From Herbaspirillum sp. (GTDB lineage Bacteria > Pseudomonadota > Gammaproteobacteria > Burkholderiales > Burkholderiaceae_D), in the NCBI GenBank assembly GCA_036500325.1, contig DASYCG010000116.1:12308-76307 (forward strand): a stretch of DNA of 64,000 nt, in the 5' to 3' direction. A program made the translations under genes and the position numbers. The notes beneath the pieces are model-generated. The model was given only the letters and a program-made list of their open reading frames with translations. It made no database searches and was not told the origin of the DNA. This document shows positions 30,686 to 39,280 of this stretch, one piece after another; positions within the stretch are counted from its first letter, which is position 1, and the number at the start of each line of letters is the position of its first letter.

Positions 30686-31308
30686 TGGCTATCGGCCAAG
30701 GTGACGATGCCCTTCAAATCACCCTGGCCGATGATCTGTATGAGCATGGCTGGTCTCAACAGAACATCTTCCTGCCCGCAGATTTAACGCTTGAACTGGC
30801 AGCTGAATGCGGCCTGTTGTTTGCTGACGGTTCGTTGCAGCTGGCCGGCGTGGGGCGCGGCACGATGCAAGCGGTTCGGACAGAAATTCGCGGCGACCGG
30901 ATTGCATGGCTTACGGCAGGGCAATCCGTGGCATGCGATCGTTATCTGCTGCTCATGGAAGCATTGCGCGTGAGTTTGAACCGCAGTCTGTTTTTGGGGC
31001 TGGAAGAATACGAAAGCCATTTTGCCTTTTACACTCCCGGCGCCACCTATCTGAAACACCTGGATCGCTTTCAGGACGATGACAGCCGCACGGTATCGGC
31101 GGTGATCTATCTGAATGACAATTGGCAGCCGGGAGAGGGCGGTGCGCTGCGACTGCATCCGCATGGAAAATGCACGGAAGACATTGCGCCTTTGGGCGGC
31201 CGCTTATTATTGTTTTTGTCGGCCGACATGTTGCACGAAGTGCTGCCGGCAACACGCGACCGGCTGTCCCTGGCAGGATGGTTCCGGCGGCGGGGCAACG
31301 CTGATTAA
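30685..31308 (+). CDS. 2OG-Fe(II) oxygenase, EglN/PHD-like
   Basis: RGDRIAW, YLKHLD (HxD), YLN..W...GG.L, HEV, RLSLAGWF; ATG overlaps ankyrin TGA. Confidence 0.88.
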   Translation: MAIGQGDDALQITLADDLYEHGWSQQNIFLPADLTLELAAECGLLFADGSLQLAGVGRGTMQAVRTEIRGDRIAWLTAGQSVACDRYLLLMEALRVSLNRSLFLGLEEYESHFAFYTPGATYLKHLDRFQDDDSRTVSAVIYLNDNWQPGEGGALRLHPHGKCTEDIAPLGGRLLLFLSADMLHEVLPATRDRLSLAGWFRRRGNAD

Positions 31309-31504
31309 GTGCCATGGGCGGTGCCCTACTCTGAACGGCAGGGGCTGTACCCCTCGCCTAAACGAGCGGTCTTTTATGGATTTAAAGAAAATTCGCAGAC
31401 GACTGATTTTCTTTAGTGCCATAAAAAATCGCTCGTTTAGGCGAGGGGTACAGCCCCTGCCGTTCAGAGTAGGGCACCGCCCATGGCACTTAATCAGCAT
31501 TGCA
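31294..31504. mobile_element. Near-perfect 211-bp palindrome, MITE-like element 2
   Basis: 69-bp perfect arms 31300-31368 / 31430-31498, imperfect pairing inward to a loop of about 11 nt; left end GGCAACGCTGATTAAG; TTAA immediately right (31505-31508). Confidence 0.8.
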
Positions 31505-31529
31505 TTAAGTCTTAGTTCTGACACGCGGC

Positions 31530-31895
31530 CTAATCGACAAGCCGGGCAAACTCGCCGCTGTCGATCAGGCTTTGCAACTCGCTGGCACCGCCGATCAATG
31601 TGCCCTTGATGAATATCATCGGAAACGTGGTCCAGCCGGTCCACATTTTCAGGGCGGTCCGGCGCTTCCACATCCCCAGATAACTGCCGTATTCCAGATA
31701 TTCATAAGACGCGCCGATTGCATCCAGAGCACGGCGCGCTTTACGTGGGAACGGGTTTTGCCGCATGCCTACCACGACTATTTTGTGACTGGCGATGGCG
31801 GCCTTCACTTCGCCGACGATATCGGCATTCTTGTCCGAAATAATTTGCCGGATAGCCGGATGCATCAGTGTTTCATCCAGAATGTTGCGCGTCAT
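31530..31895 (-). CDS. Glutaredoxin-fold protein lacking cysteine
   Basis: IVVVGM, WTTFPMIFIKG.LIGG typical of monothiol Grx; active-site position reads NPFP. Confidence 0.8.
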   Translation of the reverse strand: MTRNILDETLMHPAIRQIISDKNADIVGEVKAAIASHKIVVVGMRQNPFPRKARRALDAIGASYEYLEYGSYLGMWKRRTALKMWTGWTTFPMIFIKGTLIGGASELQSLIDSGEFARLVD

Positions 31896-31956
31896 CGTGT
31901 TCCTTGTATCGTTATGGGCGGCTTGCAAAATACTTGAAACGCTAGTCTTGGAACAC

Positions 31957-32850
31957 TTAAGGTTTCATGAACTTCAGGATGAATTCATCCTTGGGTTGCG
32001 CCGGCACAGGCGTATTTTTGTCGCGTGGATCCGATGGATTGCGCATGAAATAGCCTTCATCCACCAGCTTGAAGCCGGCAGCCTGGACTTCCTGGATCAG
32101 GAAGCTTTCTTCGATACGGTGCAGCGTGCCCGATTCGGAAATACCGGTGCCTGGCCGGCCTGCATGGTCGGCGATCACATACACGCCGCCCGGTTTCAGT
32201 GCCTTGAAGATCGCTCTGTTGACTGCGGCGCGATCGTTGCCCCAGTGGCCCATATCGTGATAGTTGAACATGAATGTGGCGATATCGAGCCCGTTGGATG
32301 CCACCTCAGGCGGCACCGGATCTTCCAGTTTTCGGACCACCAGGACGATATTTCTCAATTCAGGCTTATTGGCGCGCGCCGCCAAGATCTCGGCTGACGT
32401 CAGCGGCTTGGCGGCAGGTGGCGGTGTGACGGCGCCGGCAACTTGAGCAGCCGGGGCGGATGGCGCAGCGGCGCCTTCACGAGCGGCAGCCTGTTGCGGC
32501 GGGCTGTTGGCATCGCGTGGCGGCGTATTTTGAGCGTACACGCGGCCATGAGGTCCAACTGCACGCGCCAGCAGTTCTGTCGTATAACCGCCGAAGGCGC
32601 TCAGATCCAGCGCCACCATGCCGGGTTTCACGCCGATGAACGCCAGCGTTTGCACCGGTTTGCGGTGAATGTCATTGTTACGATCGGTGGCACTGCGGTC
32701 AGGACTGGCGGCGATTGCTGCAAACGGATCCTGGTTCCGGGCAGCAGAGGCTGAAGACGATGAGTCGCTTGCACCGGTACTGGCGCAGGCGCTCAACGCC
32801 AATATAACGGATGCGAGAAGTGCAGGCAGGCTGACGGAATTCGGCTTCAT
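31957..32850 (-). CDS. Predicted class I SAM-dependent methyltransferase with lipoprotein signal
   Basis: LSAC lipobox, RKP.QTLAF.GVKPGM.ALD..GGYTT, NYHD, LKPGG..VIADH. Confidence 0.8.
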   Translation of the reverse strand: MKPNSVSLPALLASVILALSACASTGASDSSSSASAARNQDPFAAIAASPDRSATDRNNDIHRKPVQTLAFIGVKPGMVALDLSAFGGYTTELLARAVGPHGRVYAQNTPPRDANSPPQQAAAREGAAAPSAPAAQVAGAVTPPPAAKPLTSAEILAARANKPELRNIVLVVRKLEDPVPPEVASNGLDIATFMFNYHDMGHWGNDRAAVNRAIFKALKPGGVYVIADHAGRPGTGISESGTLHRIEESFLIQEVQAAGFKLVDEGYFMRNPSDPRDKNTPVPAQPKDEFILKFMKP

Positions 32851-32932
32851 GGACTGGTCCCCTAATTGTGGTTAGCGAGTATAGATCGGCTTTTCAAATC
32901 ACGTTTTCAATTTACATTTTCAGGGCAATCGG

Positions 32933-33613
32933 TCACGAAGGAAGCGAATCCACTTCCTTGACTTCCCGCACCCCGTTAACATGTTCAAGCCGCTTGCAGA
33001 TGCCGAGAAATTGCACCGGCGAGACGCGTGAGAGCGATATGGAGATTTCATCCGAATCGTCCTGGCCGGGCCGCAAAACGAATTGCGTCACGCTGGCGCT
33101 GCCGGCGCCGAGCGCTGTATGCAGCGTACTCAGCGAAAGCGCATCGCGATCGGCTTGAATCACTATCTCGCGGCGCTGCCTGTTTCCGATGAAACGCCGT
33201 TCCAGCGGTTTGATGCCGGCAAGAATAATCAGAATAATGACGGTGCCGGCGACTGCCGGCGTGTACAGGCCGCCGCCGACGGCAAGGCCGATGCCTGCGA
33301 CCGACCAGACGCTGGCTGCGGTGGTCAGGCCGCGTACCACTTCGCCCCGCGCCAGGATAGCGCCGGCACCCAGAAAGCCAATGCCGGACACCACTTGCGC
33401 CGCCATCCGCGAAGGGTCCAGCACCACGCCTGGGCCGAGCACGTCGGTAAAGCCGTAGGTCGACACGATCATGATCATGGTGGAACCGACGCACACCAGC
33501 ATGTGGGTGCGCAATCCGGCGGCCCAGGCCAGCCTCTCGCGTTCGAAGCCGATCGCGCTTCCCAATAATGCGGAAAACGCCAGGCGGCCTACCATTTCCC
33601 ATTCATTTGTCAT
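32933..33613 (-). CDS. MgtC/SapB-family protein
   Basis: IGFERE, AGLRTH.LV, RMAAQVVSGIGFLGAG, GLTTAA. Confidence 0.92.
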   Translation of the reverse strand: MTNEWEMVGRLAFSALLGSAIGFERERLAWAAGLRTHMLVCVGSTMIMIVSTYGFTDVLGPGVVLDPSRMAAQVVSGIGFLGAGAILARGEVVRGLTTAASVWSVAGIGLAVGGGLYTPAVAGTVIILIILAGIKPLERRFIGNRQRREIVIQADRDALSLSTLHTALGAGSASVTQFVLRPGQDDSDEISISLSRVSPVQFLGICKRLEHVNGVREVKEVDSLPS

Positions 33614-33670
33614 GCATTTCCTATCGTTGACGGTCGCGCATTGAAGTGAAGAGATCGAATAGCAGTTTGA

Positions 33671-33928
33671 CTATTGCGCTTTGAGATCGTTGAATAAATC
33701 GAGATATTCCTGCATCGCACTATCTTGCGATTGCCCTTTCAGGCCGTTCCAGGCATCCCACTTGGCGCGATTGATGAAATCGGTCATGCCGGGACGTTCG
33801 CCTTGCGCGTCGCCCAGGCTGCCCTGCTTGTACAGAGCGTACATTTTCAGCAGGGTCATGTTGTCCGGCCGTTCCGACAGATTTTTCGAATCGGCGACGG
33901 CTTGTTCAAAATCGGCTTGCAAGCTCAT
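33671..33928 (-). CDS. Acyl-CoA-binding protein
   Basis: LLKMYALYKQ, RPGMTD, AKWDAW, AMQEY. Confidence 0.92.
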   Translation of the reverse strand: MSLQADFEQAVADSKNLSERPDNMTLLKMYALYKQGSLGDAQGERPGMTDFINRAKWDAWNGLKGQSQDSAMQEYLDLFNDLKAQ

Positions 33929-34042
33929 GAATAGTTTCCTTCAGACGAAAAACGGCGGCCATTTACATTCCGCCGCCGATCGTATTGCATCAAGAATTGA
34001 AACCGGAACCGACACAGCGCCGGAAAACCGGAAAGCGGCGAA

Positions 34043-34399
34043 TCAAACGCCGAGTAATTCCACTTCGAAAATCAAGGTGGCATTCGGTGGAATCACACCG
34101 CCGGCGCCGCGTGCGCCATAGCCCAGACCGGCAGGGATAACCAGCTTGCGCACGCCGCCGATTTTCATGCCTTGTACGCCTTCATCCCAACCTTTGATCA
34201 CATGGCCGGCGCCCAGCGGAAAGGAAAACGGTTCGTTGCGATCCTTGCTGGAGTCGAATTTGCTGCCGGCGCTGCCGTCGTCGTTTTGCAGCCAGCCCGT
34301 GTAATGCACGGTGACATGACTGCCGGCAGCGGCTTCTGCGCCGTCGCCTAGGTTGATATCGTCATACTGCAAACCGGAAACTGTCGTGATTGTGGACAT
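34043..34399 (-). CDS. FKBP-type peptidyl-prolyl isomerase
   Basis: [36 protein letters not shown]; start ATG 34399. Confidence 0.95.
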   Translation of the reverse strand: MSTITTVSGLQYDDINLGDGAEAAAGSHVTVHYTGWLQNDDGSAGSKFDSSKDRNEPFSFPLGAGHVIKGWDEGVQGMKIGGVRKLVIPAGLGYGARGAGGVIPPNATLIFEVELLGV

Positions 34400-34689
34400 C
34401 AATAAACCTTTCAAATGGGGGAAGGGGCCCACGTAGTCCCATCGCAAAGCGAGTGCAGAAACGTCGGCCCTACGGGGCAAATACCGCTGGGAAGGCAGTT
34501 TAAACCAAAACTCCTGCGGTTTCATCATCTAAGCGAATCCGCGGCGAACCGGCCGAAAAAGCCTCTTACATGTCTAAAATCAGTAGACGGCACCTGTTGG
34601 AATTGGTTCTTTTGTTGGTTTTTGTTGTTTTTAATCAATGCGAGCATTCATGCCATGTAGAATGCCATTTTTCCTTTCCAAGTTCTTTT

Positions 34690-35658
34690 ATGTCGCGTTG
34701 TTTTGTTCGGTTGCTGTTGGCATTGATGGGCGGTCTGTTTGTCGTGGCCGCACAAGCCAACGTTGTCGTGGTGCTCAATTCGGGCGACGCAACCATTTCC
34801 CTGATCGATCCTGTCGATTTCAGCGTCAAGCAGACCTACGTGGTCGGCAAGGAGCCGCACCACCTGATGGCGACGCCGGACAACAAATCCCTGATTGTCG
34901 CCAACGCGACCGGCAACCAACTGACCTTCCTCGACCCGCACACCGGCCAGGTCCAGCGCCAGATGCGCGATGTCATGGATCCCTATCAGATAGGTTTTTC
35001 ACCGGATCAGAAATGGTTCGTCTCGGCGGCGTTGCGGCTGGACCGTGTCGATCTGTATCGCTACGAAGGCGGCAATCTGGTGCTCGCCAAACGCGTTCCC
35101 TTATCCAAGATGCCCAGTCACATTGCATTCGACGCCGACAGCACCACCGCGTTCGTCACGCAACAGGGCAATGATCGCATCAGCGCGATCGATCTGACGA
35201 GCCAGCAAATCAAATGGACCATGCAGACCGGCAAGCTGCCGGCCGGCGTCATGATGACCCCCGACAACAAGTATTTACTGGTCGGCATCATGGGGCGCGA
35301 CTACGTTGAGGTCATCGACTGGCGCACCCAGAAAACCGTCAAGCGCATCGTTACCGGCGACGGCGCCCACAATTTCCGCGCACTGGGCGACAAGCGCCAT
35401 GTGTTTGTCTCGAACCGGGTCGCCAATACCATCAGCATCCTGGACGTCAACAGCCTGGAAAACGTCGGCACCATTGCGGCGCCAGGCGGCCCTGATTGCA
35501 TGGAAGTGACCCAAGACGGCCAGACCATGCTGGTCACGCTGCGCTGGATCAAAAAGGTTGCCGTGATCGATCTGAACAGCAGGAAATTAGTCAGAACAAT
35601 CGCGGTAGGCCGCTCGCCGCATGGCATTTATCTGCAAAATCGCGCGCCGGAGATGTAG
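34690..35658 (+). CDS. Secreted YVTN/YncE-family beta-propeller protein
   Basis: Signal peptide; repeated V.G..PH, TPD.K and FSPD.K blades. Confidence 0.85.
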   Translation: MSRCFVRLLLALMGGLFVVAAQANVVVVLNSGDATISLIDPVDFSVKQTYVVGKEPHHLMATPDNKSLIVANATGNQLTFLDPHTGQVQRQMRDVMDPYQIGFSPDQKWFVSAALRLDRVDLYRYEGGNLVLAKRVPLSKMPSHIAFDADSTTAFVTQQGNDRISAIDLTSQQIKWTMQTGKLPAGVMMTPDNKYLLVGIMGRDYVEVIDWRTQKTVKRIVTGDGAHNFRALGDKRHVFVSNRVANTISILDVNSLENVGTIAAPGGPDCMEVTQDGQTMLVTLRWIKKVAVIDLNSRKLVRTIAVGRSPHGIYLQNRAPEM

Positions 35659-35660
35659 TG

Positions 35661-36494
35661 ATGACGACGGCTTCCGTGCATGGCGTCCCTCGTTTTGGTC
35701 TCTGGCGGCGTTTGCCGGCCGGTACGGTTGCGCTCATTTTCGTGCTCATGCTCAGTTTCACGCCGGCAGCGCCCGCAATGGCAGCCTGCAACGCCGGCAT
35801 CATTTATCTCACCTTCGATACCGGCAGCCAGTCGCAGGCGCAATTGATTGCCGACACACTCAAAAAACACAATATCAAGGCCACGTTTTTCATGGCCAAT
35901 GAAAAAACCGTGAACGGCGATTACACGCTGGATCCATCGTGGGCGCCGTTCTGGAAGCGATTGCTGGCGGACGGCCACGCATTCGGCACGCATACCTTCG
36001 ATCATGTGTATTGGCAGCGCGATCTGCCGAACGGCAAATTTTCCGTTAAACCGCAATTCGGCGGCAATGCCGGCCGCCTTCTGACCTGGACCGCGCCGCA
36101 ATATTGCGCTGAGCTGAATCGGGTGGCCGAACGCTTTCACGAACTGACCGGCGGCCGGATCGATCATTTTTGGCGCGCTCCCGGCGGCAAGGTCAGCCCG
36201 GCGCTGCTGGCTGCGGGCGCCAGTTGCGGATATGCCCACGCCGGTTGGTCGCCGGCCGGTTTTTCAGGCGATGAATTGCCGAGCGAAAAATGGCCGAACG
36301 CGCTATTGCTGAAACGGGCGCTGAACGGGCTGAAAAACGGCGATATCGTGATGGCGCATCTCGGCATCTGGTCGCGCAAGGATGCCTGGGCGCCGGCCGT
36401 GCTGGAGCCTTTGATCGACGGCCTGGAACAAAAGGGATTCTGTTTCGCGACCTTGCGCGATCGTCCCGATTTTAAACGCTACGCTGCGCAATAA
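35661..36494 (+). CDS. Secreted polysaccharide deacetylase (NodB/CE4 family)
   Basis: YLTFDTG, ATFF, HTFDH, WRAPGG, GDIVMAH. Confidence 0.85.
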   Translation: MTTASVHGVPRFGLWRRLPAGTVALIFVLMLSFTPAAPAMAACNAGIIYLTFDTGSQSQAQLIADTLKKHNIKATFFMANEKTVNGDYTLDPSWAPFWKRLLADGHAFGTHTFDHVYWQRDLPNGKFSVKPQFGGNAGRLLTWTAPQYCAELNRVAERFHELTGGRIDHFWRAPGGKVSPALLAAGASCGYAHAGWSPAGFSGDELPSEKWPNALLLKRALNGLKNGDIVMAHLGIWSRKDAWAPAVLEPLIDGLEQKGFCFATLRDRPDFKRYAAQ

Positions 36495-36516
36495 GCGGAG
36501 CGATGAAGGCGGCACA

Positions 36517-37506
36517 ATGATACAAACTTTAATCGATTGTTTTGCCCAGGTGCAGGACCGCTTGTTCGAAGCGGTGGTGCAGCCTCTGATGCTGGCGCTC
36601 GATCTGGGCGCTTACCTGGAAGAAGCTTTCAGCGGCACCGAATGGTTTCTGGTCGGCATATGCGAATTGACCGTGCTGTTCATTGTGCTGCGGCCGCTCG
36701 AAGCATTGATCCCGGTGCATCGCATCGAAGGTGCGCATGCCCGCTGGAACGATTTCACCTACACCGTATTGAACCGCCTCGGTATCTTGACCGTGGTGGT
36801 TTTTTTCTTGCTGGATCCTTTGGTCAACATGGTGATGGAGCAATTGCATTTACATAGCGTGGAGCCGTTCAATCTGGATAATTTGTGGCCCGGCGTAAGC
36901 GATCGGCCGGTGATAACCTTCCTGCTGTATCTGTTTGTCCTGGATTTTTTCGATTACTGGTATCACCGCGCACAACACAATGTGCGCTGGATGTGGGCGC
37001 TGCACAGTCTGCACCACAGCCAGCAGAACATGAATTTGTGGAGCGACGATCGCAATCACCTGCTGGATGTCTTTATCCACGATGTACTGATCGGATTGGT
37101 GGCGCTGGCAATCGGCGTGGCGCCGTCGCAATACGTGCTGCTGGTGGTTGCCTCGCGCATGTTGCAAAGCCTGCAGCATGCCAACGTCCGCGTGCATTTC
37201 GGCCGCTGGGGCGATTATCTGCTGGTATCGCCGCGCTTCCATCGATTGCATCACGCCATTGGCGCCGGCCACGAAAGCCGCGGCGCGGAATCTCTGGGCG
37301 GATGTAACTTCGCGGTATTGCTCACGGTATGGGATCTCCTCTTTCGCAGCGCCCGTTTCGGTCGCGGCTTTGCGTTGACCGGCGTGCGCGACCAACTGCC
37401 GCCGCCGCAAGGTAAAGGGCGCAACTACGGCCATAGCTTCTGGTCGCAGCAATGGCTGGGCCTCAAACGCTTGCTGCGGGCGCTGGTCGGAAAGCCGGCG
37501 CTCTGA
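36517..37506 (+). CDS. Fatty-acid hydroxylase / sterol desaturase family membrane di-iron enzyme
   Basis: YWYHRAQH, LHSLHH, QHAN, FHRLHH histidine boxes; TM segments. Confidence 0.88.
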   Translation: MIQTLIDCFAQVQDRLFEAVVQPLMLALDLGAYLEEAFSGTEWFLVGICELTVLFIVLRPLEALIPVHRIEGAHARWNDFTYTVLNRLGILTVVVFFLLDPLVNMVMEQLHLHSVEPFNLDNLWPGVSDRPVITFLLYLFVLDFFDYWYHRAQHNVRWMWALHSLHHSQQNMNLWSDDRNHLLDVFIHDVLIGLVALAIGVAPSQYVLLVVASRMLQSLQHANVRVHFGRWGDYLLVSPRFHRLHHAIGAGHESRGAESLGGCNFAVLLTVWDLLFRSARFGRGFALTGVRDQLPPPQGKGRNYGHSFWSQQWLGLKRLLRALVGKPAL

Positions 37507-38342
37507 TGCGTGCAGTAATCGTTTCATTCGGACGGGCGATGCTGTCGCAATTGCATATCAGAATGCTGTTGCTGACCGTGCTGCCGTTTGTCCTTTCGCT
37601 GGCCTTGTGGGGTGTGGTGCTGTGGCTGGGCCTGCAGCCGCTGATCGACAGTCTGCAAACCTATTTCACCGTCAATGACATGTTCGGCATCTCCGGTTCG
37701 ATCCTGAACTGGTTCAGCATGGGCGCGCTGAAGGCCGTGCTGGTGCCGCTGATCGCCATGTGGGCGCTATTGCCGTTGATGATTCTCACGGCATTGGTCT
37801 TCGTTGCGCTGATTGCGGTGCCGGCGATACTCAAGCATGTCGCCGGCCGCCATTACCCGCAATTGACGCACAAATTCGGCGGTTCCTGGTGGGGCACCTT
37901 ATGGACCTCGCTCTGGTGTTTTCTGTTGTTCGCCGCGATATGGCTGCTCACGCTGCCGCTGCTATTGGTGCCGCCGCTCAATTTCGTCGTTCATCCTTTA
38001 TTGTGGGGCTGGCTGACCTATCGCGTCATGGCCTACGATGCCCTGTCCGAACATGCCGATAGTGAAGAACGGCGCGCCATATTGCGCCTGCATCGCTGGC
38101 CGCTGCTGGCGATCGGCACCGTAACCGGCATCGCCGGCACTGCACCGACACTGCTTTGGCTGGGCGGCGTATTGTCGTGGTTTTTCTTTCCGGTATTGGC
38201 TGCAATATCGATCTGGCTTTATGTGCTGGTGTTTGTTTTCGGTGGGCTGTGGTTTCAATATTATTGCCTGGAAGCGCTGGCCCGGTATCGTGCCGGACAA
38301 ACAGATATGACGACGGAAGCGACACCGCCAATTAGGGCATAA
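37506..38342 (+). CDS. EI24/CysZ-domain membrane protein
   Basis: Multiple TM helices, WLTYRVMAYDAL; ATG overlaps desaturase TGA. Confidence 0.7.
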   Translation: MRAVIVSFGRAMLSQLHIRMLLLTVLPFVLSLALWGVVLWLGLQPLIDSLQTYFTVNDMFGISGSILNWFSMGALKAVLVPLIAMWALLPLMILTALVFVALIAVPAILKHVAGRHYPQLTHKFGGSWWGTLWTSLWCFLLFAAIWLLTLPLLLVPPLNFVVHPLLWGWLTYRVMAYDALSEHADSEERRAILRLHRWPLLAIGTVTGIAGTAPTLLWLGGVLSWFFFPVLAAISIWLYVLVFVFGGLWFQYYCLEALARYRAGQTDMTTEATPPIRA

Positions 38343-38350
38343 TCGCAGGA

Positions 38351-38400
38351 TTCGCAATATACGGCGCAATGCATGGCGCAATACAAGGCGCAATACAAGG
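38351..38400. repeat. Degenerate 12-bp tandem repeat (GGCGCAATACAA-like, about 4 copies)
   Basis: ttcgcaatatac ggcgcaatgcat ggcgcaatacaa ggcgcaatacaa gg. Confidence 0.7.
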
Positions 38401-38408
38401 AAAATGTG

Positions 38409-39212
38409 ATGGCGATCGGACTTATTATCATCGGCGACGAAATTCTGTCGGGACGGCGAACCGACAAGCATTTGCCGAAAATGATCGAATTGCTGCGCGC
38501 GCGCGGCATGCAATTGGGTTGGGCCGAATATCTGGGCGATCAGCCGGCGCGCATCGTCTCGACACTGGAACGCACATTGCGCAGCGACGACATCGTCTTT
38601 TCAACCGGCGGCATCGGCGCCACGCCGGACGACCATACGCGGCAATGCGCAGCGCGGGCGCTGGGCGTGCCGCTGCAATTGCACCCCGAAGCGAAAATCA
38701 AAATCCAGGAACGCATCGAAGAGACCGCGCGCGAAGCCGGCATCACCGTCAATCTGGACGCGCCGGATACGCGGCAACGCTTCAAGTTAGGCGAATTCCC
38801 ACAAAATGCATCGATCATTCCCAATCTTTACAACAAGATTCCGGGTTTTTCATTGCCTAATATCGGCAACTGCGGCGCGCATTATTTCGTGCCCGGTTTT
38901 CCGGTAATGGCATGGCCGATGTTCGAATGGGTACTCGATACTTACTATCCGCATTTATTTCATATCGATGTCTCGATTGAAAAATCGGTGCTGGTATACG
39001 GCAAGCCCGAATCGGTGCTGACGCCGTTGATGGAAACCCTGGAAATCGATTATCCGAGCGTCAAGACTTTCAGCCTGCCGCATGTCGGCGACGGCCAGAC
39101 CCGTCAACATATCGATCTGGGCGTCAAAGGCAAAGCCGAAGACGTCGACGCCGCGTTCGCCAGCATGCTGCGCGGACTGGACCAAATGCATGCCGAATAC
39201 CGACAGGTTTAA
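38409..39212 (+). CDS. CinA-like / molybdopterin-binding-domain protein
   Basis: IIIGDEILSG, GGIGATPDD.T, PGFP; alternative start 38373 lies in the tandem repeat. Confidence 0.85.
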   Translation: MAIGLIIIGDEILSGRRTDKHLPKMIELLRARGMQLGWAEYLGDQPARIVSTLERTLRSDDIVFSTGGIGATPDDHTRQCAARALGVPLQLHPEAKIKIQERIEETAREAGITVNLDAPDTRQRFKLGEFPQNASIIPNLYNKIPGFSLPNIGNCGAHYFVPGFPVMAWPMFEWVLDTYYPHLFHIDVSIEKSVLVYGKPESVLTPLMETLEIDYPSVKTFSLPHVGDGQTRQHIDLGVKGKAEDVDAAFASMLRGLDQMHAEYRQV

Positions 39213-39280
39213 GGTATACCGGGCGTGTTACTGCGCCTTTGCCAATACCGGCCTTGCGCCGGCTCACTAGATTCTTCTCA

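Noticed and set aside
31115-31671. Two opposite-strand ORFs sharing the peptide LIKCHGRCPTLNGRGCTPRLNER
   Set aside because: Direct consequence of the DNA palindrome, not a gene duplication
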